NCBI GenBank assembly: GCA_965541585.1
Contig: CBEUCH010000001.1
Coordinates: 352,001-416,000, forward strand
Direction of reading: 5' to 3'
DNA from: an uncultured bacterium
Lineage (GTDB): Bacteria > Zixibacteria > MSB-5A5 > UBA10806
DNA length: 64,000 bases
Position numbers and translations under genes: made by a program. The notes under the pieces were generated by a model. That model searched no databases. It worked only from the letters and a program-made list of their open reading frames with translations, and was not told the origin of the DNA. The stretch's first letter is position 1; every line of letters begins with the position of its first letter. Of this stretch, positions 46,438 to 54,989 are shown piece after piece.

Positions 46438-46495
46438 GTAGGCGGCCAGCTCGTCCGGCCGCATGCGGGGTGTCGGCATTAAAATGCCGACCTAC
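46438..46495. repeat. REP-like inverted doublet (GTAG family)
   Basis: GTAG+GCGGCC..GGCCGC hairpin, then GTCGGCAT-TAAA-ATGCCGAC+CTAC (GTAG on the minus strand), in an intergenic gap. Confidence 0.55.
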
Positions 46496-46538
46496 GAAAG
46501 AAAAAGACAATAAAGAAACAAATGAAAAAGGATAATCG

Positions 46539-47723
46539 ATGAACCTAAACGATGTAGTCTGTATCTCCGCCTGCCGCACGCCCATGGGAAGATTTGGCGG
46601 TACGTTGAAGAATATGGCCGCTTTCGATATAGGCGCGGTAGCCATAAAAGAAGCTGTTAAAAGATCGGGCCTGAAACCTGATGATATAAGCGAGGCAATA
46701 CTCGGCAGCTGCCGGCAGGCGGGAAACGGCCCCAACCCATCGAGGACGGCGGCCGTTAGAGGAGGAATTCCAGAATCAGTTCCCACTCAAACGATAAATA
46801 TGGCCTGCCCGTCGGGGATGAAAGCGATCCAGCTCGCCAGCCAGGCGATTCGGCTGGGCGATTCGGAAGTCGTCCTGGTCGGTGGTTTCGATTCTATGTC
46901 GACCATACCGTATCTTTTGAAAAATGCCCGCTGGGATGGTTTCAAGATGGGCGATAAGACGCTTCAAGACGGGTGGTCTGATTCTATCGATCCTTTGATC
47001 AACCAGGGGATGGGCCAGACGGCGGAAAACCTCGCGGATAAATATAAGATCACTCGTGAGGAGCAGGACCAGTTTGCGTTATCATCGCATACGAAAGCTG
47101 CGAAGGCCCAGGACGAGGGATGGTTCGATGAGGAGATAGTGCCGATAGAGGTTATCTCGAGGAGAGAAACTATTACGTTTGCAAAAGACGAAACGGTCAG
47201 GCGCGACACAACCATAGAAAAACTGGCGAAGCTGAGGCCGGCATTTAAGAAGGACGGTACAGTTACAGCCGGCAATGCCTGCGGCATGTCTGACGGCGCC
47301 TGCGGATTGGTGTTAACCAGCAGGGATAAAGCGAACGCTATGGGCGCGAAACCCATATTTTCAATCCTGGCATATTCGGCTGTGGCTGTGGGACCGTCGA
47401 CAATGGGGGAGGGCCCCGGCGTAGCCATCCCGGCAGTTCTTGAAAAAACGGGTATGGGTATAAACGATCCCGACCTGATTGAGGTCAACGAGGCGTTTGC
47501 TGTGCAGATTCTCTCAAATGAGAAAGTCCTCGGCTGGAACCGCGACAAACTGAACGTCCACGGCGGAGCGATTGCGCTGGGTCACCCTACAGGGATATCG
47601 GGCGCAAGAATATTGGTAACGTTGTATCATGCTCTCAAGACCCACAATGGCGAAACAGGTCTGGCGGCGATATGCGGCGGCGGTGGTGTATCCATGGCCA
47701 TGATGATCAAAAGGGAGTCGTAA
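46539..47723 (+). CDS. Acetyl-CoA C-acyltransferase (thiolase)
   Basis: NMACPSG, NEAF, GGAIALGHP and CGGGG catalytic motifs. Confidence 0.95.
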   Translation: MNLNDVVCISACRTPMGRFGGTLKNMAAFDIGAVAIKEAVKRSGLKPDDISEAILGSCRQAGNGPNPSRTAAVRGGIPESVPTQTINMACPSGMKAIQLASQAIRLGDSEVVLVGGFDSMSTIPYLLKNARWDGFKMGDKTLQDGWSDSIDPLINQGMGQTAENLADKYKITREEQDQFALSSHTKAAKAQDEGWFDEEIVPIEVISRRETITFAKDETVRRDTTIEKLAKLRPAFKKDGTVTAGNACGMSDGACGLVLTSRDKANAMGAKPIFSILAYSAVAVGPSTMGEGPGVAIPAVLEKTGMGINDPDLIEVNEAFAVQILSNEKVLGWNRDKLNVHGGAIALGHPTGISGARILVTLYHALKTHNGETGLAAICGGGGVSMAMMIKRES

Positions 47724-47724
47724 G

Positions 47725-48498
47725 ATGGCTGAATACAAACATATTTGCTATGAGGAATCGGATAAAATCGGCTTCCTTACTCTGCAGAGAGATGACGGTA
47801 TAAACGTGCTCAATATCGAGATGATGGAGGAGATCAATTCTGCATTGAAATCTCTGGACGCTGGCCGGAACCTGAAAGCTCTAGTATTAAAGGCCAAAGG
47901 CAAGGCCTTCTCGGCCGGCGTTGATGTATCAGAACATACCGCGGAACTGGTCAATAAGATGATTGATGCATTTCATAAGATATTTCGTCTCCTCGATAAG
48001 ATGGAATGCCCGACCATCGCCCAGGTTCACGGCGCCGCGCTGGGTGGTGGCTGCGAGTTGGCATGTTTCTGTGATATGGTTCTTGCCGGGGAGGGAGTCA
48101 AATTCGGGCAGCCTGAGATCAAGGTAGGCGTTTTCCCGCCGGTGGCGGCAGCGGCGTTTCCGCAATACGCTCATCTGAAAAAAGTCTATGAGCTTTTGCT
48201 TGTCGGAGATGTTGTACTTTCCGACGAAGCCGAAAGAATGGGGCTGGTCAACCGAGTTTATCCGAAAGAGGAGTTCGAGAAGAAATGCCAGGAGTTTGTA
48301 TATAGATTAGCCTCCAATTCGGCGGCCATCCTGCGCTTGACCAAAAAGGCAATAAGGGCCGGTATGGGAAAACCGTTCTCCGAAGCATTGCCCGTGATTG
48401 AGAACATGTATCTTAAAGATATGATGCAAACCAAGGACGCTCATGAGGGCTTGGCGGCATTTATGGGAAAAAGAAGGCCGGAGTGGAGGGATGAGTAG
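47725..48498 (+). CDS. Enoyl-CoA hydratase, probable cyclohexa-1,5-dienecarbonyl-CoA hydratase (Dch/BzdW-like)
   Basis: AFSAGVDVSEH, ALGGGCEL and FGQPEIKVGVFPP motifs, plus cluster context. Confidence 0.78.
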   Translation: MAEYKHICYEESDKIGFLTLQRDDGINVLNIEMMEEINSALKSLDAGRNLKALVLKAKGKAFSAGVDVSEHTAELVNKMIDAFHKIFRLLDKMECPTIAQVHGAALGGGCELACFCDMVLAGEGVKFGQPEIKVGVFPPVAAAAFPQYAHLKKVYELLLVGDVVLSDEAERMGLVNRVYPKEEFEKKCQEFVYRLASNSAAILRLTKKAIRAGMGKPFSEALPVIENMYLKDMMQTKDAHEGLAAFMGKRRPEWRDE

Positions 48499-48558
48499 AA
48501 CCGACTTTACACGTGGAACTTTCCTGTATAGTGATTTACATAAACAACGGAGTTTGCC

Positions 48559-49728
48559 ATGAGAGCTTTATTTGTTTATCGGAGGCATGCCATTTGGCTT
48601 TTGTCATGTTTTCTTGTTCTTATGGCAAGTGTAGGGCGATCTGAGGTAATCTCCATCGAAGAATTTTTACGCGTAAGCATGGCATCAAAATCAGTAACTC
48701 AAGTTTATTCATATGATATTGGGGAGGATATTAAGGGATATGAAAGTGGGAATGGTCTTTTTGCTGTACGAACTAGCAGCAGTATAAAGATTTTTAATTC
48801 AGAAGGTGAAATCCAAACCTTCACTCCCTCATCGCGTATGGTTATAAAGGAATTCCTGGAAAACAAAAATATGTTTTTCGCGTCTACTCAGAATGAAAAT
48901 GGAGATTACGTACTTGGGTTATTTAAATTGGATGGGTCTCCCATAAAGTTTTACTCTAATCCTTATGTCCTGCCTTCTCCAGGAGGAGAATATTTATACA
49001 CCGGGTGCTCAATGTTAAGTTCGGGTCCCATTTACGTATATGATAAGGAAGATAATTTTAATTTTCAAATTCCGAATCGGTTCGAATGTCAAGTATCTGC
49101 CCCTTCGGACTCCCAATTGATTGTCTTACATTACCAATCTCTTTCCTTGTGGAATGTTAACACCCGGCAAAAAATATGGGAGTCAGATATTCCCAGGGAA
49201 GACTATTTTACCGACAGTGCATTCAAGATTACATATTCTGTTAAGGCAAATATCATTGTCGTTCGAGACATGATTGGCTGCCATTGTTATGATTTTCAGG
49301 GCAATTTCCTGTGGGCACAGGAAAGCCCTGGCAATAACAGGCATATTAACATGGTTGGAGTCTCCGAGGAAGACGGGAATGTTGTAATAACCGCTAATGA
49401 GGGCTTGATCAAATTAAATATATTTAGCCGCGACGGCGGTTTGCTTAGCGAGCCCGAGATTCCCTTAGGCCCGGATTGCCTTTTCTCAGCAAACGTGACC
49501 CCCGGTACCGCAGAGGTTTTTCCTAATTTCATATTTCTTCCATTCATGGCGAATACTGGTGAAGACAGGAAGCGGGTCACCGGTATTCTCTATTATGATG
49601 ATAGTGAATGGATTGCCGGCGTGGTAGAAGGATCCTGGTATTTACTGAGATCCTCAAATGATGAATGCACCTTAATTGGCCTGAAAAAAGAAACAAGAGA
49701 ATTATCGGCTTTTTCAATAAACTATTGA
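48559..49728 (+). CDS. Hypothetical exported protein, beta-propeller-like
   Basis: 389-aa ORF with a signal peptide and short beta repeats (IKIFNSEG, LFKLDG, YDFQGNFLW, IFSRDG). Visibly more AT-rich than its neighbours. Confidence 0.6.
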   Translation: MRALFVYRRHAIWLLSCFLVLMASVGRSEVISIEEFLRVSMASKSVTQVYSYDIGEDIKGYESGNGLFAVRTSSSIKIFNSEGEIQTFTPSSRMVIKEFLENKNMFFASTQNENGDYVLGLFKLDGSPIKFYSNPYVLPSPGGEYLYTGCSMLSSGPIYVYDKEDNFNFQIPNRFECQVSAPSDSQLIVLHYQSLSLWNVNTRQKIWESDIPREDYFTDSAFKITYSVKANIIVVRDMIGCHCYDFQGNFLWAQESPGNNRHINMVGVSEEDGNVVITANEGLIKLNIFSRDGGLLSEPEIPLGPDCLFSANVTPGTAEVFPNFIFLPFMANTGEDRKRVTGILYYDDSEWIAGVVEGSWYLLRSSNDECTLIGLKKETRELSAFSINY

Positions 49729-49767
49729 TTATGATTCCCGTAATCGATGAATAATTCCATTTTTCCC

Positions 49768-49820
49768 TTGACACCGATACTTCTACCCTATATTATTAGA
49801 ACGAACGTTCGATTTAATAA
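49768..49820 (+). promoter_or_regulatory. Sigma70 promoter with overlapping palindromic operator for tetR-bzdNOPQM
   Basis: TTGACA-N17-TATTAT (49768-49796), overlapped by the imperfect palindrome TTATTAGAA-CGAACGTTCG-ATTTAATAA (49793-49820). Confidence 0.75.
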
Positions 49821-49841
49821 ATTTCGGGTGAGGAGCCCAGG

Positions 49842-50453
49842 ATGCCGGAAGCTAGCACAAAATCGATCCCAATACGGCGTAACCGTCAGTATGAAAAGAG
49901 GTTAGGCTCCATATTGAAAGCCGCGGCGGAGATCATCGCCAATGACGGCTTCGAGGGGGCCTCGGTCAGGAAAGTGGCTGCCAGAGCCGGAATCGGGCTT
50001 TCAGGCATCTACTACTATTTCAAAAGCAAAGACGAGATGCTTTTCGCGATGCAGGAAAACACGTTTTCCATGCTGGTGGAATCTCTCGAGCAAAAACTAA
50101 AAAATGCTCATTCTCCAGAGGACAGGTTGAAAGCCGTGATAGACAACCATCTTCAATTCTTCTCGCAACAGATGAACGATCTCAAGGTCTGCTCCCATGA
50201 AATAGAATCGTTATCGGGCGCCTATTATGATGAGATTCTGAAGATCAGGAAAGAATACTATAAACTGGTCAGGGATGTCATCAATGAGAATATTCCCGGA
50301 CCCGGTTGTATCGATGCCAACCTGGCGGCGTTATTTTTATTTGGCTCTTTGAACTGGATGTATATGTGGTATGACAGAAAAATAAATCCCGATCTTGAAA
50401 AACTCTCCAATCAGCTCTTGAGGATATTTCTGGAGGGAATAAAAGCAACCTAA
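49842..50453 (+). CDS. TetR/AcrR family transcriptional regulator (KstR2/PaaR-like)
   Basis: HTH GFEGASVRKVAARAGIGLSGIYYYFKSK and C-terminal GSLNWMYMWY. Confidence 0.92.
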   Translation: MPEASTKSIPIRRNRQYEKRLGSILKAAAEIIANDGFEGASVRKVAARAGIGLSGIYYYFKSKDEMLFAMQENTFSMLVESLEQKLKNAHSPEDRLKAVIDNHLQFFSQQMNDLKVCSHEIESLSGAYYDEILKIRKEYYKLVRDVINENIPGPGCIDANLAALFLFGSLNWMYMWYDRKINPDLEKLSNQLLRIFLEGIKAT

Positions 50454-50469
50454 CCATCGCAGAGGAGTT

Positions 50470-51594
50470 ATGTTCTCAAAATTTTTCGAATGGTACGATA
50501 AAAGGCACGATTATGCCAGAAACTGGCTGGCCGAAAACGGCGGCGAGGTGGTCGGCTGTTTCTGCAGTTACGCGCCGGAGGAGATAATCTACGCCGCCGG
50601 GCATCTGCCGATGCGGATGTTGGGTTCCCACGAACCTCAGGATGTCACCGAACCGCATATCTTCGGCATGTTCTGTCCCTTCTGCCGCGATGTTCTGGCA
50701 CAGGGGCTCAAGGGGCGATACGATTATATGAAGGGGATAATGATCTCACAATCCTGCCTTCATTTGCGGCAATCGTTCACATCATGGAAGAAACATGTCC
50801 CGGTCGATTACGCTTATTATCTCTACATGCCGAATAAAGTGCAGACCGAACATTCCCGTCCGTATCTCAAAGGCGAGCTGGAGAAATTCAAGAAATCTCT
50901 GGAGGAATGGACTGGGAAGACTATCACAGATAAGGCGTTGCGTGAAAGCATCGATCTGTACAACGAAAACCGCCGGCTGATGCATGATGTCTATAATCTT
51001 CGCAAAGGGCCCAATCCACCGGTTACGGGCCTCGAAGCCATGGTCATGGTGGCCTCATCGTTTTTCGTTGATAAGAAGGATCATAATGCCGAATTAAAGA
51101 GGATTCTCCCCGAGCTGAAATCCCTAAATCTCGAGCGGGAGACGGGGTCGCGGCTGATGATTGTCGGTTCGGAAGACGATGACACCGAATTTGTCAAAAT
51201 GGTGGAGTCTGTGGGGGCGACAATTGTTGCCGACGATCATTGCACCGGCTCTCGTTATTTCTGGAATCTCACCGAATCGAACGGCGATATCCTGCAGGAC
51301 ATAGCCAACAGGTATATAGATCGTCCGCCCTGCCCGACCAAGGATTGGGAGGAACGCCGACGGTTTCCGCACGTTCTGCAGATGGCGAAGGATTTCAAGG
51401 TTGACGGCGTCATTCTGATTCAGCAAAAATTCTGCGATCCGCATGAATGTGATATACCGATCTTGAAAAATTATCTGAACGAGAATGGGTTCCCGTCGCT
51501 GTTTTTGGAATTCGACGTTACCGTGCCGCTCGGGCCGATGAGGATCAGGGTAGAGGCGTTTCTGGAAATACTTGGAGAAGACGAACTATTTTAG
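50470..51594 (+). CDS. bzdN: Benzoyl-CoA reductase, bzd-type subunit N
   Basis: 2-hydroxyacyl-CoA dehydratase-family motifs ([40 protein letters not shown]). First gene of the NOPQM order. Confidence 0.88.
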   Translation: MFSKFFEWYDKRHDYARNWLAENGGEVVGCFCSYAPEEIIYAAGHLPMRMLGSHEPQDVTEPHIFGMFCPFCRDVLAQGLKGRYDYMKGIMISQSCLHLRQSFTSWKKHVPVDYAYYLYMPNKVQTEHSRPYLKGELEKFKKSLEEWTGKTITDKALRESIDLYNENRRLMHDVYNLRKGPNPPVTGLEAMVMVASSFFVDKKDHNAELKRILPELKSLNLERETGSRLMIVGSEDDDTEFVKMVESVGATIVADDHCTGSRYFWNLTESNGDILQDIANRYIDRPPCPTKDWEERRRFPHVLQMAKDFKVDGVILIQQKFCDPHECDIPILKNYLNENGFPSLFLEFDVTVPLGPMRIRVEAFLEILGEDELF

Positions 51595-51620
51595 GCGGTT
51601 ATCCGCAAGAGGGAAAGATC

Positions 51621-52928
51621 ATGGCAGAATACAGGACAGAACCGCTGAAATGCTGGAACAAGGCTAAAGAGCTGCGGCTCAAATATTATAAGGATTACCA
51701 GGAGGCGCACAAGAAAGGCGGTATCCGCTGGACGGGCGGCGCCTGGGCGTTCGATGCCATCCCCGCCGGTCTGGGCCGCGACGTTTACAATATCACCGGC
51801 GAGCCTTACGCGGCCTCGGTGGCATTCGATAAGCCGTTTTCACAGAAATGTATGGAGGCGGCTGAGGCCAAGGGATGGGCCCGCGATTTGTGCAGCTACA
51901 TGCGGAATTACTGGGGCTCGATGTATCTTAATAAATATGAGTTCGGTGGTGAATATCCCACTCCCGATTTCTGTTACCAGGATCATATCTGCTGCAGCCA
52001 TGCAAAATGGTATCAGCACGTGGCAGAATACAAAAAGATCCCTTATTTCTGTATCGATGTCTCAGTCGGCCCATACAATGAACTCGACGAGAACAGGCTG
52101 ATGTTCGTGGTCAACCAGATGCACGAGGCCATAGAGTGGCTGGAGAAGGTGACCGGCAGGAAATACCAGGACGAGCTATTAATCGAAGCCGTGGAAAACG
52201 AACTGAGATCAACCTCGACCTGGGCCGAGATCTGCTATTATAACATGGCCAAGCCTGCACCCCTTGATGAAAAAACCATGTATTCTCTCTATGTGCACGG
52301 CACTCTGGCCAAACATTCAAAAGAGATGGCGGATTTCTACGAGGAGCTACGGGATGAAGTCAAATACAGGGTAGAGAATTATATTGCCGCCCTGCCCGAG
52401 GAGAGATGCCGGCTGATGTCCGATACTCAGCCGCCGTGGGGATTTTTAAAGGTTTTCCGTTACCTGGAGCAGTATGGCGCCGTGTCGATCGGTTCATTGT
52501 ATACGTTCGGGCTGATCGGTATCTGGGAGACGAAACCGGATGGCACCTGGGGACCGAGAACAACTCCCATGCAAAAAGGCGAAAAGATCACCTCCCGCGA
52601 CCAGGCGTTGAGGATATTGGCCGATTGGAATCTCTCCAAACCGGAATGGCAACATTTTTACTCTCCGCATCTGAAAACCGAGATGATGCTTCAGATCGTA
52701 AAGCAATGGAAACTGGACGGCGTTATGCTGCACCTGAATCGTGGTTGCGAGGGTCTATCGTGCGGCATTATGGAGAACCGGCTGGGAATAGCCGAAGCCG
52801 GCGTGCCGGTCATGACTTTTGAAGGAAATATGGGCGATGAACGTGAATTCGATGAGAAAAGAGTCATTACCAGAATCGATTCTTTTATGGAAACACTGGA
52901 TCTACAGCTATTAAAGGCTGAGAAATAG
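51621..52928 (+). CDS. bzdO: Benzoyl-CoA reductase, bzd-type subunit O
   Basis: [36 protein letters not shown] and HLNRGCEG motifs. Confidence 0.9.
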   Translation: MAEYRTEPLKCWNKAKELRLKYYKDYQEAHKKGGIRWTGGAWAFDAIPAGLGRDVYNITGEPYAASVAFDKPFSQKCMEAAEAKGWARDLCSYMRNYWGSMYLNKYEFGGEYPTPDFCYQDHICCSHAKWYQHVAEYKKIPYFCIDVSVGPYNELDENRLMFVVNQMHEAIEWLEKVTGRKYQDELLIEAVENELRSTSTWAEICYYNMAKPAPLDEKTMYSLYVHGTLAKHSKEMADFYEELRDEVKYRVENYIAALPEERCRLMSDTQPPWGFLKVFRYLEQYGAVSIGSLYTFGLIGIWETKPDGTWGPRTTPMQKGEKITSRDQALRILADWNLSKPEWQHFYSPHLKTEMMLQIVKQWKLDGVMLHLNRGCEGLSCGIMENRLGIAEAGVPVMTFEGNMGDEREFDEKRVITRIDSFMETLDLQLLKAEK

Positions 52929-52957
52929 TGAGCCGGGAAGTTTAAATTTGATCAGAT

Positions 52958-53743
52958 ATGGGAGCTATGATGACTACAGCGGGTATTGATATCGGGGCCA
53001 AGTTAGCCAAGGTTCTGATACTGAGAGATCGGGAGGTTCTTGGTATTTCTCAGGAGCCGGTGGGGTTTGAACCCGTGGTGGCTGCAGAGAGAGCCTTCAA
53101 TCAGGTCTTGAAGCAATCCGGTTTGACTGAGAAAGATGTTGAAGTAGTTTATGCGACCGGGGCCGGCCGGAAAGTTGCGCCGCGTACAAATGGTTCAATC
53201 ACGGAGGTAACCGCCGCCGCCAGAGGGGCTGTATATTATCATCCTTCCGTGCGAACGATTATCGAAGTGGGCGCTGAGGAAGGCCGGGCCGTGAAATGCG
53301 ATGAAAAGGGGAAGGTTCTGGATTTTGCCATCAATGAGAAATGCGCCGCCGGCGCCGGCTCTTTCACCGAGGCCATGTCCAGGGCGCTGGAGCTCGATCT
53401 GGAGGATTTCGGGAAGATTTCTCTGGAATCCACCAAATCGATACCCATGAATGCCCAGTGCGCGGTATTCGCAGAGAGCGAAGTGGTTTCGCTAGTGCAT
53501 GCCAAAACGCCGAAACAGGATATCGCCCGGGCGGTTCATGATGCTATCGCCAGCCGAATTGTATCTATGGTCAGGCGGGTGGGAATCAATAAGGATATTG
53601 CGCTTGTGGGAGGCGTTTCATACAATCCCGGGTTTGTGGATTCCCTAAATCGGGCACTGGAAGCGGATGTGATTGTCCCGGATAATCCGGAATATGTCGG
53701 GGCGTTAGGGGCGGCGATTATTGCCGGTGAAAGGGGTAAATGA
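52958..53743 (+). CDS. bzdP: Benzoyl-CoA reductase ATP-binding subunit P (ASKHA activase)
   Basis: GIDIG, ATGAGR, NEKCAAGAG and CAVFAESE motifs. Confidence 0.88.
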   Translation: MGAMMTTAGIDIGAKLAKVLILRDREVLGISQEPVGFEPVVAAERAFNQVLKQSGLTEKDVEVVYATGAGRKVAPRTNGSITEVTAAARGAVYYHPSVRTIIEVGAEEGRAVKCDEKGKVLDFAINEKCAAGAGSFTEAMSRALELDLEDFGKISLESTKSIPMNAQCAVFAESEVVSLVHAKTPKQDIARAVHDAIASRIVSMVRRVGINKDIALVGGVSYNPGFVDSLNRALEADVIVPDNPEYVGALGAAIIAGERGK

Positions 53744-54624
53744 TGCCTGACGAAAAGAAAGAATTCTGGCGCTGGAAGGAATACAACTGGCATGATGAAA
53801 CCGGGGATTGGAAGGGATCCGAGACGATCACTGCCGGTGCGGATGTGGGTTCGGTCAGTTCCCAGGCCGTAATTCTGGTAGATGGTAAGCTTTACGCTTA
53901 CTCAAATATGCGTACAGGCTCAGATAGCCCGGATAGCGCCAGGAATGCAATGGACTGGGCTCTTCAGGATACCGGTATAAAGATGGAGGATATCCATTAT
54001 ATTGTGGGCACTGGTTATGGACGCGTGAATGTCCCGTTTGCCAACCGGGCCATTACGGAGATAGCCTGCCATGCTCGCGGGGGGAATCTTATGTACGGGC
54101 CGACGGTTCGGACTATCCTCGATATGGGAGGGCAGGATTGCAAGGCGATTCGTTGCGATGAGAGAGGGAAAGTCACAAATTTCCTCATGAATGATAAATG
54201 TGCTGCTGGAACCGGAAGAGGGATGGAGGTTTTCGCGGATCTTTTGGCTGTCCCGATCGAAGACGTCGGAGACCTGTCTCTGGACGTGGATGAGGAGCCC
54301 CCGCCAGTGTCCTCGACCTGCGTCGTGTTCGCAAAGTCCGAGGCTTCTTCTCTGCTCAGAGAGGGATGGTCAAAGAAGCGGGTGCTGGCCGCTTATTGTT
54401 CTGCCATGGCGCACCGGGTTGTTACTCTCCTTGACCGTGTAGGGGTTGAGAAAGATTTCGCTATTACGGGCGGTATCGCCAAGAATAGCGGTGTTATTAC
54501 CAGGCTTGAAAAAGAATTGGACCTTGTATCCTTGAAGTCGAATTATGATACTCAGATCGCGGGCGCTCTGGGCGCCGCTCTTTTCGCAAAAACGCTGGTG
54601 GAAAAACAGAGGAAAAGTGCCTGA
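53740..54624 (+). CDS. bzdQ: Benzoyl-CoA reductase ATP-binding subunit Q
   Basis: EFWRWKE N terminus, DVGSVSSQ, GTGYGR, DMGGQD, NDKCAAGTG and CVVFAKSE motifs. Confidence 0.9.
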   Translation: MMPDEKKEFWRWKEYNWHDETGDWKGSETITAGADVGSVSSQAVILVDGKLYAYSNMRTGSDSPDSARNAMDWALQDTGIKMEDIHYIVGTGYGRVNVPFANRAITEIACHARGGNLMYGPTVRTILDMGGQDCKAIRCDERGKVTNFLMNDKCAAGTGRGMEVFADLLAVPIEDVGDLSLDVDEEPPPVSSTCVVFAKSEASSLLREGWSKKRVLAAYCSAMAHRVVTLLDRVGVEKDFAITGGIAKNSGVITRLEKELDLVSLKSNYDTQIAGALGAALFAKTLVEKQRKSA

Positions 54625-54905
54625 TGAAAGCCAATTACGGATATATGGACGGCAGCGGAGAATATTTCATCACCATCGATACCGATCTCTGCATCAAATG
54701 CCCTCATCATGGCTGTGTTGATGCCTGCCCGGTGAACTTTTTCGAAGTTATCGTGGATGACTATGATGATGAAGTGGTTGCTGTTAAGGAAGAGCACCGC
54801 AAGAAACTGAAATACGACTGCGCTCCCTGCAAGCCGATTTCCGATCGACCGCCACTGCCATGTGTTACAGCATGCACGCCCGGCGCCATCACTCATTCCT
54901 GGTAG
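54624..54905 (+). CDS. bzdM: BzdM-like ferredoxin
   Basis: ANYGYMDGSGEYFITID, CIKC..CVDACP and CAPC..CVTAC motifs. Coupled to bzdQ. Confidence 0.85.
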   Translation: MKANYGYMDGSGEYFITIDTDLCIKCPHHGCVDACPVNFFEVIVDDYDDEVVAVKEEHRKKLKYDCAPCKPISDRPPLPCVTACTPGAITHSW

Positions 54906-54989
54906 ACAGGGAGTCGGTCGCTGTTTTAGGTAATGCCGGTATCAATCTGCAATTTCGATTGGGCAATTAATTAGGATATCAAAAGAGCA

